From an uncultured Clostridia bacterium (GTDB taxonomy: Bacteria > Bacillota > Clostridia > TANB77 > CAG-508): a stretch of 64,000 nucleotides of DNA. Positions 38,883 through 48,856 of this stretch are shown here, one piece after another. Within the stretch, counting starts at the first letter, position 1; every line of letters begins with the position of its first letter. Made by a program: the position numbers and the translations under genes. Below the pieces are notes generated by a model. The model had not been told where the DNA came from, made no database searches, and saw only the letters and a program-made list of their open reading frames with translations. The stretch covers positions 2,624-66,623 of the forward strand of contig CAKPLQ010000001.1 of assembly GCA_934167685.1 (NCBI GenBank). Direction: 5' to 3'.

Positions 38883-40202
38883 ATGGCGTCAAATCCAATG
38901 CAAAGAAAAGCAAGAAATTCATTCTTATTAGGAATGATAATAACACTATTAATAGCGGGAGTAATAATAGCTTTATTATTTGTGCAATTAAAACAAAAAT
39001 CAGATCAATTAAAGGCTGAGGCAAATGCAAAGAGAAATGTGTATGTTTTAAACCAGGATGTAAAATCAGGACAAGTTATAACAGAGGATATGTTTACAAC
39101 ACAACAGGTTAATAAAGATGCAATACCAAGTAATGCAACTGCAACAGCTTCTGTAATAAGTACGTGGTACGTTCAAACAAAAGATGGAAAAACTTTTAAT
39201 TCAGATTCTTACAATAACATAACTAATACAACTTTTAGCCAACCAACACAAGGGCTATACATAAATGAACCTGATTCAATTTTAGAAGTTGTTGAGATTG
39301 ATGGAAAAAAGTATAAATGTGTAGATAAATATACAGGCGATAAGAGTGGACTTGTTGAGGTTTCTTCAAGAGAAGAAGTTTCTCAAGATGATGATGGTGC
39401 ATATATTGTAGATTCTACAAATAGTTCTGATAAAATTACAAGAGTATATCAAGAGGCTACAACAGGAGAGTATTATGTGTATAAAATTGATACTGCTTCT
39501 ATGACAACAGGAAGTACTAAAACAAGAGTGAAAGAGTATTTGCCTTTGACTAATGTGCCTGTAGTTGCCAAAGTATCTATGAACAAAAATACTGTTGTTA
39601 CACCATATTTAGTAGTTCAATCTGATGAAGTTGTAACAGATGATGTAAGACAACAAGAATATAATATGGTAGTTTTACCTGTGGATTTAATGACAAATGA
39701 TTACATTGATATAAGATTGATGACACCTACTGGACAAGACTTTATTGTAGTATCTAAAGCTAAAGTTGATGTACCAATGAACACAGATGGTACATATGTA
39801 ACAGATACTATAAGAGTTAATCTAAGAGAAGATGAGATTTTATCTATGTCTAGTGCAATAGTAGAAGCTTATGGATTGTTAGGTTCAAAATTATATGCTA
39901 CAAAATATGTAGAGGCAGGAATGCAAGAACCATCATTACCAACATATACACCAAATGCAGCTGTAACAGCACAAATACAATCTGACCCTAATATCGTATC
40001 AGTAGCAAGCGAAGAATTGGCTTCAAGATATTCTGAACCAGCTAAAAAAGCTAGAAATGATTATTTACAATCTTTGATAAATAATTCAGAAGATTATAAT
40101 GAAAATATTCAAGACAAGGCAGATGAAAAAATAACAAATCAAACTACAGCAAGACAAAAATACTTGGAATCTCTAGCAAATGGTGGAGCAACAACAAATT
40201 AA
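38883..40202 (+). CDS. CpaB/RcpC-like Flp-pilus assembly protein (N-terminal transmembrane helix plus SAF-like domain) with a Thr/Val-rich extension
   Basis: Has an N-terminal transmembrane helix (FLLGMIITLLIAGVIIALLFV). The segment ...NVYVLNQDVKSGQVITEDMFTTQQV... resembles the CpaB SAF domain. It is the first gene of the Tad-like cluster. RBS AAGGAGGAAATAAAGATG. Confidence 0.45.
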   Translation: MASNPMQRKARNSFLLGMIITLLIAGVIIALLFVQLKQKSDQLKAEANAKRNVYVLNQDVKSGQVITEDMFTTQQVNKDAIPSNATATASVISTWYVQTKDGKTFNSDSYNNITNTTFSQPTQGLYINEPDSILEVVEIDGKKYKCVDKYTGDKSGLVEVSSREEVSQDDDGAYIVDSTNSSDKITRVYQEATTGEYYVYKIDTASMTTGSTKTRVKEYLPLTNVPVVAKVSMNKNTVVTPYLVVQSDEVVTDDVRQQEYNMVVLPVDLMTNDYIDIRLMTPTGQDFIVVSKAKVDVPMNTDGTYVTDTIRVNLREDEILSMSSAIVEAYGLLGSKLYATKYVEAGMQEPSLPTYTPNAAVTAQIQSDPNIVSVASEELASRYSEPAKKARNDYLQSLINNSEDYNENIQDKADEKITNQTTARQKYLESLANGGATTN

Positions 40203-40299
40203 TTAAAACAAAAGAGCAAGGGCTGACATTAATAAAAGCCCTTGCTATGTGAAATTTAAAACAAATTTTTAAATTAATGCAAGAAAGGAAAACTAAAAT

Positions 40300-40986
40300 A
40301 TGAAAAAAATCGGGTTTATAGGCGCTTGTGATAAGACTAATGTAATATTAAGTGTAGCTAAAGTTCTAACAATGGCTAACAGAAAAGTTCTAGTGTTGGA
40401 TAATACTATAACGCAAAAATGCAAATATGTAGTACCAGTTATAAACCCAACAAAATCATATATTACAACTTATGAAGATATAGATGTTGCAGTAGGGTTT
40501 GAAAATTTTGAGAATATAAGACAATATATGGGACTGGATGAAAACGAAAACTTTAATTATGATTATATCTTGGTGGATGTAGATAGTTTTGAAGGAATTC
40601 AAAAGTTTGGATTACAGTCTGCAGATAAAGCATATTTCGTAACATCATTTGACATGTATTCGTTGAAAAGGGGAGCAGAAATTATAAACCAATTAGGAGT
40701 TCCTACTAAAATGACCAGAATATTTTATTCAAAAGATTTATTAAAAGAAGAAGAAGAATACTTCGATTTTTTAATGTTGGGGTCAAAAGCAATATGGAAC
40801 GAAGAAAAAGTATATTTTGTTTTAGAAAATGGAGATTGGCCAGCAATAATGGAAAATGAACGTATTTCTAAAATTAAATTCAAAAACTTGAGCAATGAAT
40901 ATAAGGCAAATATTACTTTTTTAGTAAATGATATAGATGAAGGAATAGGAAATAAGGCAATAAAGAATATTATAAAAAGTCTTTAA
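40300..40986 (+). CDS. TadZ/CpaE-like ParA/MinD-fold protein with a degenerate Walker A (paralog 1)
   Basis: The N-terminus KIGFIGACDKTNVILSVAKVL is a deviant P-loop with a MinD/ParA-like architecture. It lies immediately upstream of a paralog and the CpaF-like ATPase. Confidence 0.45.
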   Translation: MKKIGFIGACDKTNVILSVAKVLTMANRKVLVLDNTITQKCKYVVPVINPTKSYITTYEDIDVAVGFENFENIRQYMGLDENENFNYDYILVDVDSFEGIQKFGLQSADKAYFVTSFDMYSLKRGAEIINQLGVPTKMTRIFYSKDLLKEEEEYFDFLMLGSKAIWNEEKVYFVLENGDWPAIMENERISKIKFKNLSNEYKANITFLVNDIDEGIGNKAIKNIIKSL

Positions 40987-41002
40987 TTAAAGGAGTTAAG
41001 AT

Positions 41003-41869
41003 ATGGCAATTGTAACATTTTGGAATAATGATAGAGAACAATCCGGAAAGACTCTAACAGCGGTTGCTGTTGCAACTAAAATGGCTATAGAACGCAATTA
41101 TAAAATTTTATTAATTTCAACAAGTTTTCAAGATACAACATTAAGAAATTGCTTTTGGGAAAATGAAACGCAAAGAACATTAAAATTGTTTGGAATGAAA
41201 AGTAATAATATAGCTGTTGAAACTGGGATTGAGGGACTGGCAAAACTTATATCAGCAAATAAGTTAACGCCAACTACAATTACAGATTATACAAAAGTAA
41301 TTTTTAAAGGAAGATTAGAAGTTATAAGTGGATTTATGGGAGCAAAAGAACTTACTAGAGCGACAAATTATGCAGAATATGAAAAAATACAAAAAATTTA
41401 TGTTGATTTAATTAAAACAGCCAATCAATACTATGATATGGTATTAGTTGACTTAGATAAATATATGCCAGAAGATTTGACAAAAGAAATTTTGAAATTA
41501 TCAAATTTGAATGTAATAGTTTTCTCTCAGAGAAAAGAAAGCTTAGACAGATATATGATGTTAAGAGAAAAAGACCCTATAATAAATAGTCCAAAAACTT
41601 TGCCAGTTGTTGGAAAGTATATGGATAAAACTAAATATAATATGAAAAATATAATGAAATATTTAGGCAATAGAAAAGATTTAAGCGTAATTCCTCTTAA
41701 TATGTTATATTTTGAAGCTTCAGAAGAAGCAGCAGTACCAGATTTGTTTTTAAGATTGCAGAATGTAAAAGACACATCAGATGAAAATTACATTTTTATG
41801 CGAGATGTGCTAGAACTTATGGAGAAAATTATAAATAGATTGCAAGAATTGCAAATGAAAATGAGGTGA
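41003..41869 (+). CDS. TadZ/CpaE-like ParA/MinD-fold protein with a degenerate Walker A (paralog 2)
   Basis: The N-terminus IVTFWNNDREQSGKTLTAVAVATKMA is a deviant P-loop. The protein has a ParA-like length and position. Confidence 0.45.
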   Translation: MAIVTFWNNDREQSGKTLTAVAVATKMAIERNYKILLISTSFQDTTLRNCFWENETQRTLKLFGMKSNNIAVETGIEGLAKLISANKLTPTTITDYTKVIFKGRLEVISGFMGAKELTRATNYAEYEKIQKIYVDLIKTANQYYDMVLVDLDKYMPEDLTKEILKLSNLNVIVFSQRKESLDRYMMLREKDPIINSPKTLPVVGKYMDKTKYNMKNIMKYLGNRKDLSVIPLNMLYFEASEEAAVPDLFLRLQNVKDTSDENYIFMRDVLELMEKIINRLQELQMKMR

Positions 41870-41873
41870 AAAA

Positions 41874-43793
41874 ATGACGCTAACTAATATATTATTAACA
41901 ATAGTTGTTATAATACTTGCCGGAGGAGGCATAGCATATTTTGTAAAAAGAAATAAAAATGCCGAAGTTGAAGAACAAATAGAAAAAGACGAGAAAACAT
42001 ATACTTTAGATGCTATGAGAAACTATATTAAAAAGAGATTAGACGAAATAACTAAAGTAAACTTGTATGATATTGGATTGTCAGAAGAGGAATTAAAACG
42101 TAGAAAAAACAAAAAGTACGCATTAAAAAAGGCCTTAAAAGGTTGTACTTATGGAGACGTTAATGACAAAAGATATGTAAAAGAGCTTATTTCAGATTTA
42201 TTATCAAAAGAGTATGGTGTAAATGAAGCCAATATATCAAGTGCAATTCCATTTGATATGCCATCATTACTAACATCTCAAGATAAATTTGATATATTAA
42301 TATATGTCTATAAAAAAGAATTTGGATATGAAGCATTAACACAATTGATAAAAAGATATAACTTAGCAACTTTAAAATATTTAGAAGGTGAAACAAAACC
42401 TTGTTATGTAATAACAGATGATGAGATTGATCAAATATTTGAAAAAGAAAAAATCACATTGTCATTCCAAGATAAACTAGAAGTTGTAGTACAAAGAATA
42501 TATCAACATTATAAAGGTTATAGCTCAATAGATGAGATAAGAGATATGAACATAGATGGTGTATCTGGTGGTGTATCTGGTTTACCAGAAAGCTTTTTAA
42601 GCCAAGTAGCACAAACAGATGGAGATTATTTAGACCAAGTAGCTGAACACAAAGTACCAAGAGCTTGTGACAGTATATGGATATTCTTCCAAGGTAAATC
42701 AATACGTTTAGCATTCTTATCATTTGGCACAGAATCAGAATTAAAAAGAGTATGTCAAAATATTTATAAATACAATAACCCAGGACAGTTATCAGATACA
42801 AATGGTTATAAAATCAATGAAATGAAAGATGGTTCTCGTGTTGTTGTAGTAAGACCATCAATGTCAGAAACATGGGCATTCTTTGTAAGAAAGTTCGATG
42901 TAAAAAGAGCAACAGTTGAACAATGGACTGGTAACATGCCAGGAAATGATAAAGTAATTGATTTACTAAAATTCTTAGTAAAAGGAGCAAGAATTACATC
43001 AATCACTGGTGAGCAGGGTTGTGGTAAAACAACACTACTTATGGGTATGATTGAAAATATATATGAAACAATGAACTTACGTATTACAGAAACTGCTTTC
43101 GAGTTGCACTTAAGAAAAGTTTATCCAACAAGAAACATTTTGTCAATGCGTGAAACAGATACAATATCTGGACAAGAGTGTTTGGACGTACAGAAAAAAA
43201 CTGACGGTTCTGTAAACATCATAGGTGAGGTTGCAACAGACCCCGTAGCATCTTGGATGATTCAATCTGCACAGGTTGCATCTAAATTTACATTATTTAC
43301 TCACCATGCTAAAACATTCCCAGACTTAGTAACTGCACTACGTAACTCAATGTTAAGAGCTGGAGTATTCAAAAATGAAAAAACAGCAGAAGAGCAAGTA
43401 GTTCAAGTACTAAATTTCGACATACATCTACAAAAAGACTTTAGAGGTAGAAGATACATAGAAAGAGTAACAGAATGTATTCCAATTGTAGACCAAAAGA
43501 CATATGATTATGACTATAAAGGTGAAAAAACTATGGATGGAAAAGTTCAAAAATTCTTTGAAAATGCAACAACATATTTCTCAAAAGTAACAGAGCAAAA
43601 TCTATATAGATATCAAAATATATTGGAATATGTAGATGGAGAATATCAAATAACAAATAAAATAACAGATAAAAACTTAGCAGAAATGAGAGCTAATATG
43701 GACGAATCTGATATAGAAGAATTTGACAGCTTTGTTGATACATATTGGGGAGACCAAATTAGAAAAGAAAAAAAGGCTAAAGTGCAGAAGTAG
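41874..43793 (+). CDS. CpaF/TadA-family secretion ATPase (VirB11-like) with an N-terminal transmembrane anchor
   Basis: Walker A motif ITGEQGCGKTTLLMGM, an Asp box, and a Walker B motif within ...GSVNIIGEVATDP.... The His box lies near ...LFTHHAKT.... Residues 5-24 (ILLTIVVIILAGGGIAYFV) form a predicted transmembrane helix. Confidence 0.75.
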   Translation: MTLTNILLTIVVIILAGGGIAYFVKRNKNAEVEEQIEKDEKTYTLDAMRNYIKKRLDEITKVNLYDIGLSEEELKRRKNKKYALKKALKGCTYGDVNDKRYVKELISDLLSKEYGVNEANISSAIPFDMPSLLTSQDKFDILIYVYKKEFGYEALTQLIKRYNLATLKYLEGETKPCYVITDDEIDQIFEKEKITLSFQDKLEVVVQRIYQHYKGYSSIDEIRDMNIDGVSGGVSGLPESFLSQVAQTDGDYLDQVAEHKVPRACDSIWIFFQGKSIRLAFLSFGTESELKRVCQNIYKYNNPGQLSDTNGYKINEMKDGSRVVVVRPSMSETWAFFVRKFDVKRATVEQWTGNMPGNDKVIDLLKFLVKGARITSITGEQGCGKTTLLMGMIENIYETMNLRITETAFELHLRKVYPTRNILSMRETDTISGQECLDVQKKTDGSVNIIGEVATDPVASWMIQSAQVASKFTLFTHHAKTFPDLVTALRNSMLRAGVFKNEKTAEEQVVQVLNFDIHLQKDFRGRRYIERVTECIPIVDQKTYDYDYKGEKTMDGKVQKFFENATTYFSKVTEQNLYRYQNILEYVDGEYQITNKITDKNLAEMRANMDESDIEEFDSFVDTYWGDQIRKEKKAKVQK

Positions 43794-43822
43794 TAAATAA
43801 ACATAGGAGGTGTTCTTAGAAC

Positions 43823-45892
43823 ATGAGTACTCAAATGCTAAAATATATAATGATTATAACAGTTGTATTGTTTGTAGGAATCATTATAGCATATGTAATT
43901 TTAAAAAAGATGATGGGAAAATCAGAATATGCAAAGATGAAGAAACTACAAGAAGGAACAAAGGCTGACGGATTTTCATCAGATATATTATACCAAAAAA
44001 TATATATAACGCTTATTAGGACACCTTTTCTAAAAAGATATTTATTCAAATTAAGAAGAAGACTAGAAATAGTCAATATAGATGATGAATATACAACCAG
44101 AAAAGAAGCAGCGCAAATAATGACAAAAGCAATATTAATATTCTTTTTTATAGCGTTGCTAACCATTCTTATTACACACAATAACTGGTTATTAATGTCA
44201 ATATTATTGATTTTTGAGTTATTTATTGTAGATACAATGGTACAAGGAATGGTTGATAAAATTGATAATAACTTACTTAAAGAGCAGATAGATTTCTTTG
44301 CAGAAATAAGACATGCTTACCATGAGTATAACATGGTTGAAGAAGCAATTTATCAAGTATCACTTGATGATGAAAAAAATGTTTCTAAACAAGGTGAAAA
44401 AATATATGAAATATTATGTTCAGATGACCCAGAAACAGAATTAGAAAAATATTATGATGTAGCACCAAATGATTATTTAAAAGAATTTGCTGGTATATCT
44501 TATTTAACACAAGAATTTGGAGATAGAAGAGGAGATGACGGTTCTTCTTTATATCTAAAAAATGTTGATAATATAACACAAGAAATGCAATTAGAGATAT
44601 TAAAAAGAGATAAATTGAACTATGTATTCCAGAGTTTAACATTTATTTCAATAGCTCCAGTATTGCTATTGGAACCATTAAAATCTTGGGCAGTATCGAA
44701 CTTCTATTTTACAACAAGTTTTTATAATGACAAATTAGGATTAGTAGCACAGATTTTAATAGTACTTTTAACAGTAGTGTCATACATAATGACAAGAAAA
44801 TTAAAAGATAATGGTGGTGTTCAAGTACAAATATCTCATAATGACCACCCATGGCAAGAAAAAGTATACAAAATACCAGTATTAAAACAAGCAATAAATT
44901 GTTTTATACCAAAGCCGGGAACTAAAGATTATAGAACAATGCAACAACTTATGAAAGATTCGGCATCAAAAGCTAAAATGGAATGGATTTACATTAACAG
45001 ATTAGCACTGACAATTGTTACATTTATATGTTCAATATTTTTCTTTATAATATTACATAAAGTAGCAATTAATTATGTTTATACAAATCCTACAACAGAA
45101 CAAACTGTGCTGGGGTCTTTGTCGGAAAAGAACCAGAAAAAAGCAGAAGACTTAACTAAGCAAGATAACTACTTCTTAGACAAATTAAAAGGAGACTTAA
45201 AAATAACTCAAGACAAAGTTGAAAGAGAAATGATAAAATCTCCATATTATGAAGAAGATGATAAAAATTTAGAAACAGATGCAAAAAGAATAATGACTAA
45301 ATTAAAAGTTGTAAATTCTGAGCAAATGCAGTGGTTTGAAATATTATTAGCTTGCGGGTTTGCTTTAATTGGATATATGGCACCTGTTTGGATGATGTAT
45401 TTCCAAAAATTCATGAGAAAGCTAGAAATGGAAAATGAAGTAATGCAGTTCCAAACAATTATATTAATGCTTATGAAAATAGAGAGAATAAGTGTAGAAA
45501 TGATTTTGGAATGGCTAGAAAGATATGCAAATATTTATAAAGAGCCTATCTCTAGGTGTGTAAATAATTACGAAGCAGGAGCATGGGAAGCATTAGAAGA
45601 GCTTAAAAACTCTGTAACAAATCAAGATATGATAAGAATTGTAGAAAGTCTACAAGCAGCAGTAGAAAAAATACCAATCAAAGAAGCATTTGATGAATTA
45701 GATGCAGATAGAGATTATCACCAACAAAAGAGAAAAGATACTAATGACCAATTAGTATCAAGAAAAGGCTTAATAGGAAAGGGTGTAGGCTTTGCACCAA
45801 TGATTTGTTTATTTGTGGGATATTTGATTATACCATTAGTTGTAATAGGTATGACGTCTATGTCATCTACATTTACTCAATTAGGTGCTTAA
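43823..45892 (+). CDS. fused two-domain TadB/TadC-like (T2SSF-type) inner-membrane platform protein
   Basis: 689 aa with an N-terminal transmembrane helix and two clusters of transmembrane helices separated by cytoplasmic helical domains. Its position directly after the ATPase is typical of platform proteins. Confidence 0.55.
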   Translation: MSTQMLKYIMIITVVLFVGIIIAYVILKKMMGKSEYAKMKKLQEGTKADGFSSDILYQKIYITLIRTPFLKRYLFKLRRRLEIVNIDDEYTTRKEAAQIMTKAILIFFFIALLTILITHNNWLLMSILLIFELFIVDTMVQGMVDKIDNNLLKEQIDFFAEIRHAYHEYNMVEEAIYQVSLDDEKNVSKQGEKIYEILCSDDPETELEKYYDVAPNDYLKEFAGISYLTQEFGDRRGDDGSSLYLKNVDNITQEMQLEILKRDKLNYVFQSLTFISIAPVLLLEPLKSWAVSNFYFTTSFYNDKLGLVAQILIVLLTVVSYIMTRKLKDNGGVQVQISHNDHPWQEKVYKIPVLKQAINCFIPKPGTKDYRTMQQLMKDSASKAKMEWIYINRLALTIVTFICSIFFFIILHKVAINYVYTNPTTEQTVLGSLSEKNQKKAEDLTKQDNYFLDKLKGDLKITQDKVEREMIKSPYYEEDDKNLETDAKRIMTKLKVVNSEQMQWFEILLACGFALIGYMAPVWMMYFQKFMRKLEMENEVMQFQTIILMLMKIERISVEMILEWLERYANIYKEPISRCVNNYEAGAWEALEELKNSVTNQDMIRIVESLQAAVEKIPIKEAFDELDADRDYHQQKRKDTNDQLVSRKGLIGKGVGFAPMICLFVGYLIIPLVVIGMTSMSSTFTQLGA

Positions 45893-45906
45893 ACATGGAG
45901 GTTTAG

Positions 45907-46689
45907 ATGGAGAATGTAACAAAGGCACTGCTTATAGCTGCTGGAATACTATTAGCAATTATGATTTTAACTTTACTCATAGTATTCTGGGGACAATTAT
46001 CAGGATATTATACGCAACAACATAATGATAAAATTGTTGAACAAGAGGCTAAAATCAATGCAAAATTTGAAAATTATAATGGACAAACAATAAGAGGAAA
46101 TGAATTAGTTTCAGTTATGAATATGGTTATCGACTATAATAATGCTGTAGCAGAAATGGACGGATTTGATAAAGTAATTATGTCTGTTGATTTTAAAGGA
46201 TGCCAGAACAAATCAAAAGATAATTTTAAATATAGTGATTCAGATAGAAGCATATTTTCTGGAAACATTCTTACAAATTCACAATCAAGTGATGCAAATT
46301 TAAAAAATGTAGCAAATATTCCAGAGACAATACGTTTAAAGTTACAAAATGCAGGATTTGATAATGTTACTGATGCACAACTTCAAAAATTGTCTGCAAA
46401 TATATATAATATTGTAAATATCAATTCTGCAGATACAAATGGTATTAATACCAGAAACAGAAAACTTCAAAATATTCTTTTATTAAGTGATGATGAAGTA
46501 AGAGCATTATCAGCGTCAAAAATTTCTACAATAGAAGAAGTAACTAAACAATATTATCAATATACACAATTTAAAAGAGCTATGTTTAAGTGCACAGGTG
46601 TTGAACACAATACAACCGGAAATGCAAGAGTAAATAAAATAACATTTGATATAGTATTATTAGATAATGGAAGTGCAAAATTTAATTAA
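45907..46689 (+). CDS. leaderless Flp/pilin-like protein, paralog 1 (MENVTKALLIAAGILLAIMIL...)
   Basis: An in-frame TAG lies directly before the ATG. RBS GGAGG 6 nt upstream. The N-terminal 25 aa are conserved with three downstream paralogs. 260 aa in total. Confidence 0.5.
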   Translation: MENVTKALLIAAGILLAIMILTLLIVFWGQLSGYYTQQHNDKIVEQEAKINAKFENYNGQTIRGNELVSVMNMVIDYNNAVAEMDGFDKVIMSVDFKGCQNKSKDNFKYSDSDRSIFSGNILTNSQSSDANLKNVANIPETIRLKLQNAGFDNVTDAQLQKLSANIYNIVNINSADTNGINTRNRKLQNILLLSDDEVRALSASKISTIEEVTKQYYQYTQFKRAMFKCTGVEHNTTGNARVNKITFDIVLLDNGSAKFN

Positions 46690-46705
46690 TTGAAAGGATA
46701 CTTGT

Positions 46706-47152
46706 ATGGAAAATGCGGTTAAAGCCTTGTATATAGCAGCCGGAGTGTTAATTGCAGTAATGATTTTGTCTTTAGCTGCTGTAGTATATTCAAGTTTGCA
46801 AGGTTATGTAGAAAATACAAATCAACAGATAGAATTTAATGAAATAAATAGTTTTAATACGCAATATCTTGATTATGCTAATAAAGATGTTTCTATTCAA
46901 GATATAGTAACAGTTGCAGGCAATGCATATGAAAACAATTATTCATATAGTCCAGATATTAATCAATGGAATATTTCTGATAAATCTTTTTATGTGCAAG
47001 TTTTATTAAATGGAACTAGAATAGACCAAAATATTAATGATATAATGGTTAACTTATTAGAAAATAACAAGGATAAAGTATTTGTAACTGATGATATATC
47101 ATATGCAAAAGACACTTCAAAAGTGTGCAGTATAAGTTTTAAAACAAAGTAA
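46706..47152 (+). CDS. leaderless Flp/pilin-like protein, paralog 2 (MENAVKALYIAAGVLIAVMIL...)
   Basis: An in-frame TGA lies 15 nt upstream, with no alternative start possible in between. The N-terminus is conserved with the paralogs. Confidence 0.5.
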   Translation: MENAVKALYIAAGVLIAVMILSLAAVVYSSLQGYVENTNQQIEFNEINSFNTQYLDYANKDVSIQDIVTVAGNAYENNYSYSPDINQWNISDKSFYVQVLLNGTRIDQNINDIMVNLLENNKDKVFVTDDISYAKDTSKVCSISFKTK

Positions 47153-47199
47153 AAAAATGTTGCAATTTAAAAAATTAAATGTTATAATGAGGGAAAATA

Positions 47200-47637
47200 A
47201 TGAAAAAAGTAATTATGTTTTTAGCTATTATTGTAATTATTATAGTTACTTTAGTAGGATATAGATATATTTCTTATAAAAATCATTATAAGGAAATTCA
47301 AAAAGAAAATTCTGATTTTGATAAATATAAAGACCAAGAAGTATATGGCTTAGATGTAGCCTCATTAATAAATATGGCTATAGATAAGAATACTAAAAAT
47401 AAAATTGAAAAAGATGATAATGGAAACTTTATTACAAATGAAGAAAATTCTATAGAAATTGAAATTTATATGACAGATAATGATACTACATATAAAATGG
47501 AAAGTATTAGTAATTCTGGAATAGAGCAATTTCTACAGTATTATAAAGACATAAAATTTAAATGTTCAAAAATAGAGTATCATAAAAACACAGGAAGAGT
47601 TAAATATATACTATTTGAACAACAAGAAAACAGTTAA
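47200..47637 (+). CDS. small N-terminally anchored membrane protein of the Tad-like locus (TadE/pseudopilin-like?)
   Basis: MKKVIMFLAIIVIIIVTLVGY: a single N-terminal transmembrane helix followed by a ~120-aa extracytoplasmic domain. Confidence 0.35.
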   Translation: MKKVIMFLAIIVIIIVTLVGYRYISYKNHYKEIQKENSDFDKYKDQEVYGLDVASLINMAIDKNTKNKIEKDDNGNFITNEENSIEIEIYMTDNDTTYKMESISNSGIEQFLQYYKDIKFKCSKIEYHKNTGRVKYILFEQQENS

Positions 47638-47694
47638 TAAAGTTCAGCGAGAGCTGATTATGATAAACAAAAGTATAAAAAGGGGGGAGAAACT

Positions 47695-48105
47695 ATGGAA
47701 AACGCAACAAAGGCATTATTAATTGCAGCAGCAGTTTTAATAGCTATCTTAATTATCTCTTTAGGATTAGTTGTTTATAATAACTCTGCAAACACTGTTA
47801 ATCAAGCAAACTTATCATCACAAGAGATACAAGCTCAAAATGAGAAGTTTACAAGATATAATGGTAAATACAAAAGAGGTTCTGAAGTAAACTCTTTATT
47901 ACAAACAGCATTAAACTATAATTTAAATACTACAGACGATGGAAATAAAGTTACAGTGAATTATGGAAAAGAGACGCTAGTAGATAGTAGTTCTACAAGC
48001 ATAGAAAAACAAATGGACACAAGTAAATTATATGACATTAAAGTTAATTATGGTGGAGCTGGAGGACTTGTAGATACAATTACAATAACTGATGCAGCAA
48101 AATAA
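47695..48105 (+). CDS. leaderless Flp/pilin-like protein, paralog 3 (MENATKALLIAAAVLIAILII...)
   Basis: RBS GGGGGGAG 5 nt upstream. The N-terminal motif is conserved. The C-terminus is Gly-rich (YGGAGGLVD). Confidence 0.5.
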   Translation: MENATKALLIAAAVLIAILIISLGLVVYNNSANTVNQANLSSQEIQAQNEKFTRYNGKYKRGSEVNSLLQTALNYNLNTTDDGNKVTVNYGKETLVDSSSTSIEKQMDTSKLYDIKVNYGGAGGLVDTITITDAAK

Positions 48106-48135
48106 TAAAATTAATGAGTGAAAGGGGATATACTT

Positions 48136-48843
48136 ATGGAAAATGCGATAGAAGCTTTAAAAATTGCAGGAGCAGTATTAATGTTTGTATTGGCATTGAC
48201 ATTAAGTATATCTTCTTTGTCTCAAGCCAATTCAGCAGTTAGTAGTATTGCAACAATGTATGATAAAGATGCACAATCTACTTATGTTCAGCCAGCACAA
48301 GACTTAACAAGAGTAGTAGGAATGGAAACAATAATTCCTACAATGTATAAAGCTTATGAAGAAAACATAGAAATATATTTCTTTAAAGCAGATGGAAGTC
48401 CACTACCAATATATTATAAAACAAATCAATATGGTAGTAGAGTGGATTCAGAAGGTAAATCTGTAGCCAATAGCAATCCTAATGCTGTAACAGTAAATTA
48501 TATAGACTTATCTAAAGAAAGTTTTGGAACAGAAAATGGAAAAGAAGCTACACAAGTGGCAACAGAGCACTTAAGCTTAATATTAGCTGGTGGAAACAAG
48601 TGGAAAAATCAATATAGAAATAACCAAGAAATGTTAAATTTATTAGATGAGAAAAAATATGGAAATCAATTAATGGATACAGAATATCCAAATGGTTTTT
48701 ATGCATATTTAAATGGTAAAAAATTTGTCGAAAATTTAGGTGAATATTATCAAGGTTCAAATCAAGATGAAGACGAGAGTTTAGCAAGTACAACTGCTAC
48801 GAAAATTAAAAAAAGAGTTATAACATACAAATTAACAAACTAA
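48136..48843 (+). CDS. leaderless Flp/pilin-like protein, paralog 4 (MENAIEALKIAGAVLMFVLAL...)
   Basis: Start at the ATG following AAAGGGGA. The ORF track begins at an upstream GTG (MKGDIL...). The N-terminal motif is conserved. Confidence 0.45.
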   Translation: MENAIEALKIAGAVLMFVLALTLSISSLSQANSAVSSIATMYDKDAQSTYVQPAQDLTRVVGMETIIPTMYKAYEENIEIYFFKADGSPLPIYYKTNQYGSRVDSEGKSVANSNPNAVTVNYIDLSKESFGTENGKEATQVATEHLSLILAGGNKWKNQYRNNQEMLNLLDEKKYGNQLMDTEYPNGFYAYLNGKKFVENLGEYYQGSNQDEDESLASTTATKIKKRVITYKLTN

Positions 48844-48856
48844 AAGGAGAAAACAG

